DNA of 64,000 bases. Origin: Lachnotalea sp. AF33-28. Its GTDB lineage: Bacteria > Bacillota > Clostridia > Lachnospirales > Lachnospiraceae. The notes under the pieces are model-generated. The model was given only the letters and a program-made list of their open reading frames with translations. It ran no database searches and was not told the origin of the DNA. Within the stretch, counting starts at the first letter, position 1, and each line of letters opens with the position of its first letter. The stretch covers positions 111,628 through 175,627 of the forward strand of contig NZ_QUEE01000006.1 of the NCBI RefSeq assembly GCF_003477885.1, in the 5' to 3' direction. A program made the translations under genes and the position numbers. Below, in pieces: positions 1 through 8,635 of this stretch.

Positions 1-1395
1 GGAGGTGTGGATCAGCATCTCATCCACGGCGGCTTCGTATTCATCCCATTTGGCCCGGTTGCGCCAGTCCTCATCGGTGATTTTCCACTGCTTTTCAGGG
101 TTTTCCTGGCGTTCCTTAAAGCGGCGCTCCTGTTCGTCCTTATCGATGTGCATCCAGAACTTGATCACAACGGTGCCGTGGCTGGCCAGCGCACTCTCCA
201 TCTCATTGATTTCGCGGTAAGCACGTTTCCATTCTTCCTCGGAACAAAAGCCTTCTATGCGTTCCACCATCACGCGGCCGTACCAGGAACGGTCGAAGAC
301 CGCGATGTGCCCGTCCTTGGGAAAGTTCTGCCAGAACCGCCAGAGATAGTGATGGGACTTCTCAATATCGTTGGGCGCACAGACAGGATTTACCACATAA
401 CCGCGGGGATCCAGCTTTTCTGTCAGGCGCTTGATGGCTCCGCCCTTGCCGCCTGCGTCCCATCCTTCGAAAGCCAGCACAACGGGAACGCGCTTTTTAT
501 AGAGCTCGCTGTGGAGGATGGCGATACGTTTCTGAAGATCGTTCAGCTTTTCCTTATATACCTCTTTGGATAAAGATCTGCTTAAATCCACACCGCCCAG
601 AACGGAAGTGGCATAGGGAAGCTTCAAAGCTTCGGGGCTGTCTTTTGCCGCATCCTGTTCCTTTTCCAGGATCTTCTGCGTCTGCTTTTCTTTAAGAGCA
701 TCCTCCAGCCGGGCTGCAACTGCGGAGAGAATCTTGGCAGCTGCGTATTCTCTGTCGGTGGATTCCACAATGGTCCAGTGGGCATAGGCCTGGTCGGTGC
801 GTTCCAGCATCTCTTCGTTCATCTGGAGATATTCGTCATAGTGTTTGTTTCTCTTAATATCGTTTTTGGAAACCCGCCAGGAGGTAGCTTTGGAGTCCAG
901 CAGCTTTTTAAAGCGGGCTTCCTGCTCCTTCTTGGAGATTACCAGGAAAAATTTGATGATGATGGTCCCGTCATCCGTAAGCTGACGTTCGAAGCTGTTG
1001 ATCTCCTCAAAAGAGTCATTGAGTCTCGCGTCATCGGTCAGGCCGTCAAAGCGGTCCACCAGCACACGGCGGTACCAGCTGCGGTCAAATATGGTGATGC
1101 GGCCCTTTTCAGGAAGCCTTGTCCAGAAGCGCCAGAGAAAGGGATGGAATTTTTCTTCTTCGGTTTCTTTCTGTGTGGTGAACACCTGAAAGCCTCTGGG
1201 GTCCAGCGGCCCTATGAGCTGGCTGATCAAAGTCCCCTTGCCGGCGGCATCCAGCCCTTCAAATACGATCACTACCGGAATCTGTGCAGATCTGCAGGCC
1301 CGCTGCAGCCGGGACAGCCGGGGTTCCAGCTGCTCCATCGCCTCTTTATACTCTTTTTTCCCCATCTTTTGGTTCAGCGCTACTTTTTCCAACAT
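1..1395 (-). CDS. Two-domain polyphosphate kinase 2 (PPK2) family polyphosphate:nucleotide phosphotransferase, C-terminus beyond window edge
   Basis: My translation of the minus strand starts at ATG 1395 (MLEKVALNQKMGKKEYKEAMEQL...). It contains two PPK2-type domains, each with a Walker-A-like EG(L/W)DAxGKG motif and an FDRSWY motif. The frame stays open to position 1, so it is not in the ORF track. The plus-strand ORFs 7..573 and 778..1521 are antisense artefacts. Confidence 0.8.
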   Translation of the reverse strand, partial: MLEKVALNQKMGKKEYKEAMEQLEPRLSRLQRACRSAQIPVVIVFEGLDAAGKGTLISQLIGPLDPRGFQVFTTQKETEEEKFHPFLWRFWTRLPEKGRITIFDRSWYRRVLVDRFDGLTDDARLNDSFEEINSFERQLTDDGTIIIKFFLVISKKEQEARFKKLLDSKATSWRVSKNDIKRNKHYDEYLQMNEEMLERTDQAYAHWTIVESTDREYAAAKILSAVAARLEDALKEKQTQKILEKEQDAAKDSPEALKLPYATSVLGGVDLSRSLSKEVYKEKLNDLQKRIAILHSELYKKRVPVVLAFEGWDAGGKGGAIKRLTEKLDPRGYVVNPVCAPNDIEKSHHYLWRFWQNFPKDGHIAVFDRSWYGRVMVERIEGFCSEEEWKRAYREINEMESALASHGTVVIKFWMHIDKDEQERRFKERQENPEKQWKITDEDWRNRAKWDEYEAAVDEMLIHTS

Positions 1396-1531
1396 AAACG
1401 TTCCTCCTCTCACTGTAGGACCACATATTCTGTTAGCTTTAGTATGGCATATCCTGGGAGAATTATCAATCAAAATGTAACAGTTCAGACGGCGGGAAAA
1501 GTGATGCTATACACTGTTTGATCAGTTGCTG

Positions 1532-1560
1532 TTGACTAAATTGGTCAATGATAGTACAAT
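1532..1560 (+). promoter_or_regulatory. Putative sigma-A promoter of the TetR gene (TTGACT-17-TACAAT) overlapping a TTGAC-N7-GTCAA palindrome
   Basis: TTGACT at 1532-1537, a 17-nt spacer, then TACAAT at 1555-1560, about 40 nt upstream of the TTG start at 1603. A GAGGAGG ribosome-binding site follows. Confidence 0.45.
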
Positions 1561-1565
1561 GATGA

Positions 1566-1582
1566 TTGACTGATCTGGTCAA
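1566..1582. promoter_or_regulatory. Second TTGAC-N7-GTCAA palindrome, a candidate TetR operator
   Basis: ttgactgatctggtcaa is the same TTGAC-N7-GTCAA architecture as ttgactaaattggtcaa at 1532-1548. Both lie between the promoter and the tetR start. Confidence 0.4.
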
Positions 1583-1602
1583 AGAAGAGGAGGCGGATCA
1601 TA

Positions 1603-2271
1603 TTGAACGAAAAATTTTACGCTTTGCCGTTTGCAAAACAGAATGCAATCATAAACGCCGCGTCGAAGGTATTTTCAAAATCCGATTACAAACACGCCAC
1701 GACGGATGCGATTGTAAAAGAGGCTGGCATTTCCAAAGGGCTGCTGTTTCACTATTTTGGAAATAAGAAAGGGTTGTATCTGTTTCTGTACCGATACTGC
1801 ATCGATTTTTTGCGCAGGGAAATTCCTAAATATGCCAATTCACAGGAAACAGACTTTTTTGATATTCTCTTTCAGACACAGCGGGCGAAAGTCGCAATCA
1901 TGAAACAGCACCCTTATATGATGCAGTATCTGATGACCGCCTATTTTGAAAAAGATGAAGAGGTGGCGGAAGATCTGGGCCTGCAGAATACGGATATCAT
2001 AGGGCAGAGCATCGAGGCTGTGCTTCGCCGCACGGATTATACAAAGTTTAAGGACGGCGTGGACGTCAGAAAGGTGCTTAAGATGATTGTCTGGACTTCG
2101 GACGGCATGGTCAGAGACGCCATCGCGTATGCAGAGAATGAAGCGCCGAGATTTGCAGTGCCGGATGAAATGGAAACAGTGCCGGATGCAATCGATGTGG
2201 AAAAGCTGAATGAGGAGCTTCTAGGCTATCTGGAGATGCTGCGGAAGTATCTGTATAAAGAAGAGGGATAA
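1603..2271 (+). CDS. TetR/AcrR family transcriptional regulator
   Basis: N-terminal HTH typical of TetR (KVFSKSDYKHATTDAIVKEAGISKGLLFHYFGNKKGLY). TTG start with an upstream GAGGAGG. Confidence 0.8.
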   Translation: MNEKFYALPFAKQNAIINAASKVFSKSDYKHATTDAIVKEAGISKGLLFHYFGNKKGLYLFLYRYCIDFLRREIPKYANSQETDFFDILFQTQRAKVAIMKQHPYMMQYLMTAYFEKDEEVAEDLGLQNTDIIGQSIEAVLRRTDYTKFKDGVDVRKVLKMIVWTSDGMVRDAIAYAENEAPRFAVPDEMETVPDAIDVEKLNEELLGYLEMLRKYLYKEEG

Positions 2272-2278
2272 TTAATGA

Positions 2279-2390
2279 GGAAGCACGCAAAAAGCGTGCG
2301 CAGGTCATCAACCTGCGGTTGGTGACATTAAAGCGGAAGCACGCAAAAAGCGTGCGTAGGTCATCAACCTGCGGTTGGTGACATTAAAGA
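2279..2390. repeat. Tandem direct repeat (2 x ~56 bp, 1 mismatch), each unit holding two palindromes
   Basis: Unit: gaagcacgcaaaaagcgtgcg[c/t]aggtcatcaacctgcggttggtgacattaaag. It contains GCACGC-aaaaa-GCGTGC and TCATCAACC-tgc-GGTTGGTGA, and sits in the tetR-to-ABC intergenic spacer. Confidence 0.8.
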
Positions 2391-2402
2391 GGAGGGTGAA
2401 GG

Positions 2403-3302
2403 ATGGATGTAATTGAAATAAGCCATATTACCAAGGACTATGGGCAGAATCGGGGTGTTTTCGATGTCAGCTTTGCTGTCAGGCAGGGAGAGGTCCTGGG
2501 ATTTCTGGGCCCCAACGGCGCCGGAAAGACAACCACGATCCGGCAGCTCATGGGCTTTATAAGGCCGGACAGCGGTAAGGTATCCATACAGGGGATGGAC
2601 TGCTTCCGGGATGCGGATAAGATACAGGGACATCTGGGATATCTGCCGGGGGAAATCGCTTTTATAGATTCTATGAACGGTATGGAGTTCATCCGTTTTG
2701 CTGCGGATATGAAGAATATGAAGGATCTGAAGCGCGCCAGGGAACTGATGGAACTGTTTGAGCTGAATGCAGCCGGTAAGCTTAAGAAGATGTCAAAGGG
2801 GATGAAGCAGAAAATCGGAATTATCTGCGCATTCATGAATCCGGCGGCGGACATCTATATATTGGATGAGCCAAGCAACGGCCTGGATCCGGTGATGCAG
2901 AACCGCTTTATCGATCTGATCCTGTCGGAGAAGAAAAAGGGCAAAACGATTCTGATGTCCTCGCATATGTTTGAAGAAATTGAGAGGACCTGCGACCGTG
3001 CGGCCATTATCCGCGAAGGCAGGCTGGTCGCAGTGGAGGATATGGATAAACTGAAAGAGGGACGACAGAAGATCGTGGAGATCACATTCGGGGAGGCGGC
3101 CATGGCCGAAGAATTTGCGGCAGGATGCAGGGAAGCTGTTTATGAGGCCGGCAGCAGGACGGTGACAGCCAAAGTGGGGAAGAATCTGGATGCATTTATA
3201 AAACGAGCGGGCGGATATACCGTGGCGGATCTGGATGTGCGCACACAGAGCCTGGAGGAATTCTTCCTGCATTTCTACGGAGAGGGGGGCAAGAAACAAT
3301 GA
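2403..3302 (+). CDS. ABC transporter ATP-binding protein
   Basis: Walker A GPNGAGKTTT, Walker B ILDEPSNGLDP. Directly followed by a permease gene with a 4-nt overlap. Confidence 0.9.
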   Translation: MDVIEISHITKDYGQNRGVFDVSFAVRQGEVLGFLGPNGAGKTTTIRQLMGFIRPDSGKVSIQGMDCFRDADKIQGHLGYLPGEIAFIDSMNGMEFIRFAADMKNMKDLKRARELMELFELNAAGKLKKMSKGMKQKIGIICAFMNPAADIYILDEPSNGLDPVMQNRFIDLILSEKKKGKTILMSSHMFEEIERTCDRAAIIREGRLVAVEDMDKLKEGRQKIVEITFGEAAMAEEFAAGCREAVYEAGSRTVTAKVGKNLDAFIKRAGGYTVADLDVRTQSLEEFFLHFYGEGGKKQ

Positions 3303-4096
3303 ACTTTACGCTGTTTAAAAAAGAAAGTAAATCCAATTGGCTGCTGCTTGTCATATTTTTAGGCGTGCTCAGCGTATATGGCAGCATGATCACAATGATG
3401 TTTGATCCCAAAATGGGAGACAGCCTGAAGGCAATGGCGGACAGCATGCCGGATCTGTTCGCAGCATTCGGCATGCTCAACGTAGGCACAACGCTTCTGG
3501 AATTTGTATCCGGATACCTCTACGGGGTGCTGTTTATAGCGTTTCCCGGCGTATTTATCATAATCTTAACCAACCGGCTGGCGGCCAGATATGTGGATAA
3601 CGGCTCCATGGCATATCTGCTGGCCGCGCCGGTGAAACGCCGCCGCATCATGCTGACACAGGCTGTGTTTTTGCTGCTGTGCCTGCTTGTCATGGTGGGC
3701 TTTGTCACCGGGCTCATACTGGCCTTCGGTGAGATGCTATTTCCGGGTGAGCTTGATATACCGGCCTTTCTGCGCCTCAATGCGGGGCTTCTGGGCCTGC
3801 TCATCTTTTTCGGCGGAGCATGCTTCTGCGCCTCCTGTTTCTGTAATGAGTCGAAGACGGCCTCCGCGGTCGGTACAGGGGTTGTTGTATACTCACTGCT
3901 GATGCAGATGCTTTCCAGAGTGGGGGATAAGTTTGAGTTTCTGAGATATGCGACTCCCCTGACGCTGTTTGATGTGGACGGGTTATGTGCGGGGGACGCG
4001 AAGGCATGGCTGGGATGCGCTGCCCTGTATGCGGCCGGAATTGCGTGTACGGTGATTGGGATTGTACGGTTTGACAGGAGGGATCTTCCGCTCTGA
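3299..4096 (+). CDS. ABC-2 family transporter permease
   Basis: Multi-pass hydrophobic protein, translationally coupled to the ATPase. Confidence 0.75.
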   Translation: MNFTLFKKESKSNWLLLVIFLGVLSVYGSMITMMFDPKMGDSLKAMADSMPDLFAAFGMLNVGTTLLEFVSGYLYGVLFIAFPGVFIIILTNRLAARYVDNGSMAYLLAAPVKRRRIMLTQAVFLLLCLLVMVGFVTGLILAFGEMLFPGELDIPAFLRLNAGLLGLLIFFGGACFCASCFCNESKTASAVGTGVVVYSLLMQMLSRVGDKFEFLRYATPLTLFDVDGLCAGDAKAWLGCAALYAAGIACTVIGIVRFDRRDLPL

Positions 4097-4140
4097 TTCA
4101 TGCGGAAAAGCCGGCAGATGGCCGCAGTACAAAGAATGCA

Positions 4141-4192
4141 GATAACAGGCCCGGATACAGTCATTACACAGACTGTATCCGGGCCTGTTATC
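4141..4192. terminator. Bidirectional hairpin terminator between convergent genes
   Basis: Perfect ~21-bp stem gataacaggcccggatacagtc / actgtatccgggcctgttatc with the loop attacacag. It lies between the plus-strand permease stop (4096) and the minus-strand URO-D gene stop (4217). Confidence 0.6.
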
Positions 4193-4216
4193 TGCGCCTG
4201 GCGCTGTTCATCCGTT

Positions 4217-5194
4217 TCAGCGCCGGTGATTTACAGCATACTCCTCACATGCTTCGATCACATACCGCACCTTTTTCGGGTCCTGGTCAGTCTGAACCGA
4301 ACAGTCGCCGCAGAGGATGGTGCCAGTCTGTCCAGCCAGTGTTAGCTGTGCGGCGGTATGTTCTTTGATCTGTTTTTCGTCCCCGAGGTATAATATACCG
4401 TTGGGAGTGTTGTCAAACCCGCCCATCAGAGCGGTATTCGGCTTGAAAAATGAACGTGCCTGCCGTAAATCCATATCTTTTTCAATCCCTGCCGACCAGT
4501 TCACGGTTTTGTAATCGTAGTTCTTCCAGAGCTCGAGATTATTGGGCACCCCGGTCCAGGAACACAGGTGGGTGATATTGTAATCGGACAGGGAATTAGC
4601 GTGCGCGAGAAGGCGGCGGTCCCAGGGGCTTAGATATTCCTCATACTCTTCTTTCGAAAAACGCCAGTCTTCGCCGTTCTGCAGGGCCACAAAGATGCCG
4701 GTGATGCCCGTTTCCCGCATTAACAGGTCACAGAGCAGAAAGGTATTTTCCTCAATCACCTTCATGGCTTCGGTCAGTATATCCCTGTTTTCCCGGTACA
4801 GCTCCATGATGCGCGTTTCACCGCCTATGGTATGTTTGATGGTGGTGAATGGGGTGAAGACCATATAGTAGGTACATCCGCCGTCCTTTATCCCCTCCGT
4901 GATGCGGGCCGCCCGGTCCAGCTGTCCCGTGAAATATCGGTCGTTCCTGCTATAGCCCTTCAGGTCCTTCCAGTCCGCCAGATTCTGCACCGGCACACCT
5001 TTCCGGTATTCCATATATCCGTCAGGCTCGATACATAGGAAATCCATATTGCAGTCATGATACCATTTCAGCTGTGCCGAAACGGCATTGTCTTCCAGAT
5101 CTTCTTTTGTCATACAGTGAGTATAAAAGGTGACCGGCACCCGGTCCACCGGCTTACAGTCCATAGCGTTTAACAGGCGCGTGCGCTTATCCAT
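4217..5194 (-). CDS. Uroporphyrinogen decarboxylase (URO-D) family protein (MtaA-like methyltransferase fold)
   Basis: 325 aa. Overall similarity to URO-D/MtaA family proteins common in Lachnospiraceae. Sits downstream of the araC-type gene on the same strand. Confidence 0.6.
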   Translation of the reverse strand: MDKRTRLLNAMDCKPVDRVPVTFYTHCMTKEDLEDNAVSAQLKWYHDCNMDFLCIEPDGYMEYRKGVPVQNLADWKDLKGYSRNDRYFTGQLDRAARITEGIKDGGCTYYMVFTPFTTIKHTIGGETRIMELYRENRDILTEAMKVIEENTFLLCDLLMRETGITGIFVALQNGEDWRFSKEEYEEYLSPWDRRLLAHANSLSDYNITHLCSWTGVPNNLELWKNYDYKTVNWSAGIEKDMDLRQARSFFKPNTALMGGFDNTPNGILYLGDEKQIKEHTAAQLTLAGQTGTILCGDCSVQTDQDPKKVRYVIEACEEYAVNHRR

Positions 5195-5292
5195 GGGTAT
5201 ACCTCCGTTTATAAAATGATGGAGCCATTATAGCATCTGCTGTCCTCCTGTTTCAAACTGAAAACATACAAAAAAAGTTAAAAATCGACCAT

Positions 5293-6081
5293 TCAGCCGC
5301 AGGGGAATATGGAAAACGCCATGTCATTTTTAGTTACGGAACGGCTCTTTTTGCGCCACTGCAGGGGCGTGGTGCCCATGATCTGCGTGAAGTTCCTGTT
5401 GTAGCTGGTATTGCCGGAAAACCCTACCTGCAAGGCGATATCCAGCACGGTATCCTCGGTGCTATATAAGAGCTCACAGGATTTATTGATGCGTATGCGG
5501 TTGAGGTAATTTAAGGGGCCTTCCCCCATGATGGATTTAAACAACCTCCTGAAATGCGTGAGACTTAGACAGCAGCGTGCGGAAAGCTCTTCGATGCGGA
5601 CCGGCTCCATGTAATGGCTGTCGATGTACTGGATCGCGGGATAGATCACCAGCTTGGATCTTAAATTTGAAAAATGGGATTCGGATTCCCTCGGCAGAAA
5701 GCGCAGCAGCTCGATCAAAAAGGAGATGCACAGACAGGCGGCGCTGATGCGGTAATTTTCACGTTTTCCTTCCATTTCATGCAGTATCTGCTGCAGCAAT
5801 AGCCTCATATGCGGATAGCTTTGGACGGAGATGATGTTGGGAAAATCCGGCGAATCGAACATCAGGAGGGAGGCGTTTGGCAGTTCTCCGTGCAGATATT
5901 CCTTAAACAGGCGCTGCGTGTCAATATAGAGATATTCCCACTGGCTGTCCGTCCCATCGCAGCTCTTGGTTATGTGCATGGTGTTGGGGCAGACGATATA
6001 GAGATCGCCTGCAGTAAATCCGCAGGTCTTCCCCTCCACGAGAGCGATGCCTTCCCCCCGGTTGCAAAGGCCGATCTCCAA
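5293..6081 (-). CDS. AraC family transcriptional regulator (cupin + AraC HTH); 5' end appears truncated, TTG start
   Basis: C-terminal AraC HTH (HFRRLFKSIMGEGPLNYLNRIRINKSCELL...LQWRKK). The reading frame is open upstream to a stop at 6172-6174 with cupin-like residues (DFPVIAFTDEWNIPDDEITFLHCHNC) but no ATG there. Confidence 0.6.
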   Translation of the reverse strand: MEIGLCNRGEGIALVEGKTCGFTAGDLYIVCPNTMHITKSCDGTDSQWEYLYIDTQRLFKEYLHGELPNASLLMFDSPDFPNIISVQSYPHMRLLLQQILHEMEGKRENYRISAACLCISFLIELLRFLPRESESHFSNLRSKLVIYPAIQYIDSHYMEPVRIEELSARCCLSLTHFRRLFKSIMGEGPLNYLNRIRINKSCELLYSTEDTVLDIALQVGFSGNTSYNRNFTQIMGTTPLQWRKKSRSVTKNDMAFSIFPCG

Positions 6082-6149
6082 ACAGTTATGGCAATGCAGG
6101 AACGTGATTTCATCATCCGGTATGTTCCATTCATCCGTAAATGCGATGA

Positions 6150-6788
6150 CGGGAAAATCAGCGCGGTACGGTCAATCTTGCATCCGATGAAATGATCAGG
6201 GCAGCACAGACCCTGAAGGCCATGATCGATGCCGGAATCATGATGGATTTTCCGGATGAATGGAACGACCGTATCACCGCATTAAACAACGGTCAGATCT
6301 GCACGCTGCCATATCCGGCATGGTATAACATTGTGATGAAAGATTCTGTGGCGGATCAGAGCGGCCTGTGGGCCTATGCGCCCATGCCCGCATTTGAGGG
6401 CACGTCCGGCAATGTGAGCCTGGGCGGTTCCGTGGCGGCAATTTCCGCCTCGACAAAATATCCGAAGACCGCGAAAGCATTTGTGGAATTCTCTCTGATG
6501 AATGCAAATCAGGCGGACATCCTCTACGGGCAGAGCCAGTTTGAAGCTTATAAGCCCTACTATGATGCGGAATGCTATAAAGAAGTGGATGCATATTTCG
6601 GTGTGGCAATCGGTGAGACCTTTGCCAGGTGGGTGGATTCGCCTAAGATTGATTTCGGATACTATTTCACCGATGTGGCGGATGCGCTGGCGACGGCGAT
6701 CGGAGAGATATTCATTAACGGAACCGATCCTGCCCAGGCCCTAAGTGCGGCCAATGAAGCGGCACAGAGGGCGATTGACAGTTATTGA
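6150..6788 (+). pseudogene. 5'-truncated ABC sugar transporter solute-binding protein (family 1 SBP) remnant
   Basis: ORF 6192..6788 encodes only the C-terminal ~200 aa of an extracellular solute-binding protein. The frame is open back to 6150 only, with no signal peptide or N-terminal domain. The 5' ends of this remnant and the divergent araC abut. Confidence 0.6.
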
Positions 6789-6862
6789 TGTGGATGGGGC
6801 CGCCGCAGCCGGTTTGCGGCGGTCCCTTTTTAGATGACAGGCAGAGCCTGACGGAGGTTTTT

Positions 6863-7735
6863 ATGAGAAGGTCAATTTATCATAGGTCGGTACCGTATCT
6901 GTTTCTATTGCCGTTTATCGCATTCTTTTTTGTATTTATGGCTTATCCCATTGTGTTTTCGCTGATGCTCTGTTTCGGCAAATATAAGAGCGCTTCTTTT
7001 ACATTTACCGGAATTGGCAATTTTTCCTTTGTTCTTTCCGATCCTCTCTTTTTTAAAGCGCTTTTCAATACCTTTCTCATGATGGTGATACAGGTGCCGG
7101 TGCAGACCGCCCTTGCGCTTATCCTGGCGAGCCTTCTCAATGTGAAAAAGCTCAAGGGCAAAGGGATCATGAGAATGGTGGTTTTTATGCCGGTTTTGCT
7201 GGATGCGGTGAGCTATTCCATTGTTTTCGGGATGTTCTTTAATTATGAAAACGGTATCGTGAACAATGTGATACGCCTGCTGGGAGGGGACGGGCTGCAG
7301 TGGCTGAATTTGGGATGGCTGGCGAAAACTGTGCTGATCATCGCCATCACATGGCGGTGGACGGGATATAATACGGTGATCATGTTAAGCGGGCTGCAGA
7401 ATATACCGGAAGACCTGTATGAAGCGGCTTCGATTGATGGGGCGGGGCGCATCCGGCAGTTCTTTGCCATCACGGTGCCCGGGTTAAAGCAGGTGCTGAT
7501 TTTTGCGGTGATCCTGTCTGTGAACGGCATGCTGCAGCTTTTTACGGAGCCGTATCTGCTTACCGGAGGGGGGCCGGTTAATGAGACGCTGACCATCGTG
7601 CAATACCTGTATAAGAAAGGCTTTAAATCCTTTGATTTCGGCGTCGCTTCCGCAGGCTCTTACATACTGGTCCTGATCATTGCCGCTCTGACCTTCCTGC
7701 AGATAAAAGTGACAAAGGAGGATAAAGGCAGATGA
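6863..7735 (+). CDS. Carbohydrate ABC transporter permease (MalF/UgpA-like)
   Basis: Start MRRSIYHRSV with a GGAGG site; the track ORF begins upstream at 6785. Binding-protein-dependent inner membrane component. Confidence 0.8.
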   Translation: MRRSIYHRSVPYLFLLPFIAFFFVFMAYPIVFSLMLCFGKYKSASFTFTGIGNFSFVLSDPLFFKALFNTFLMMVIQVPVQTALALILASLLNVKKLKGKGIMRMVVFMPVLLDAVSYSIVFGMFFNYENGIVNNVIRLLGGDGLQWLNLGWLAKTVLIIAITWRWTGYNTVIMLSGLQNIPEDLYEAASIDGAGRIRQFFAITVPGLKQVLIFAVILSVNGMLQLFTEPYLLTGGGPVNETLTIVQYLYKKGFKSFDFGVASAGSYILVLIIAALTFLQIKVTKEDKGR

Positions 7736-8553
7736 AAACAAAAAGAAACGGTTTCGCTTATGGCATCCTGTTAGTGAGCTGCGCCGTCGCGCTGTTCCCG
7801 TTTTTGTGGTCGGCGTTTGCGGCCACTCATACCAACACACAGATTTATCAGATTCAGTGGGCACTGCGCCCCGGCACCAGGCTGCTGTCCAATCTGAAAG
7901 ACCTGACGGCCTCCTTCCCTCTTGGCAGGAATATGTTCAGCAGCCTTTTTATCGCTCTTGTCTATACCCTGGGAATACTGCTCATCGATTCTATGGCGGG
8001 CTTTGCCTTTGCAAAGTATGAGTTTAAAGGGAAGGGATTTCTGTTTGCGCTCTGCCTGATGGCTATGTTCATACCGACCCAGGTCACATTGATCCCTCTG
8101 TTTATTGAGATGACGGCGTTTCACATGATTGATACCTACTGGTCGGTGATCCTGCCCGGATTTGCCTCCATATTCGGCGTGTTTCTGATGCGGCAGAATT
8201 TCATGGCATTCCCGGGGGAACTGATGGAGTCGGCCAGGATTGACGGGGCGGGGGACTTCCGGATTTTTGCCAGAATTGTGATTCCGACCATGAAGCCGGC
8301 TCTGGCCTCTCTCGGAATCCTCTCGTTTGTAAATCAGTGGGGGAATTTCATGTGGCCGCTGATCACGCTGAATACGAAGGAAAAATACACAATGCCTCTG
8401 GTCCTTTCTCTGATGGTACAGCCGGGATATGTGACAAACTATGGCTCCGTGATGGCCGGGGCCATGCTGGCGCTTCTGCCCGTGCTGGTATTCTTCCTGC
8501 TTTTCCAGAAAAATTTTATAGACGGCATGCTATGCGGGGCGGTTAAAGGATAA
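7732..8553 (+). CDS. Carbohydrate ABC transporter permease (MalG/UgpE-like)
   Basis: 4-nt overlap with the upstream permease. Typical permease signature region (RIDGAGDFRIFARIVIP). Confidence 0.85.
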   Translation: MKTKRNGFAYGILLVSCAVALFPFLWSAFAATHTNTQIYQIQWALRPGTRLLSNLKDLTASFPLGRNMFSSLFIALVYTLGILLIDSMAGFAFAKYEFKGKGFLFALCLMAMFIPTQVTLIPLFIEMTAFHMIDTYWSVILPGFASIFGVFLMRQNFMAFPGELMESARIDGAGDFRIFARIVIPTMKPALASLGILSFVNQWGNFMWPLITLNTKEKYTMPLVLSLMVQPGYVTNYGSVMAGAMLALLPVLVFFLLFQKNFIDGMLCGAVKG

Positions 8554-8635
8554 GAGCGTCAGGAAAATCCCCCGATTCCGGATTTTATACCGCATTTTCG
8601 ATTTTCGGAATTTACACCGAAAACCGGTTTGCGGT

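Noticed and set aside
7-1521. Plus-strand ORFs 7..573 (188 aa) and 778..1521 (247 aa)
   Set aside because: They are antisense to a well-supported two-domain PPK2 gene on the minus strand. Their translations are low-complexity with no recognisable domains.
2279-2390. CRISPR array
   Set aside because: Only two directly adjacent repeat units with no spacers and no cas genes. No other short periodic repeat arrays were seen in the window.
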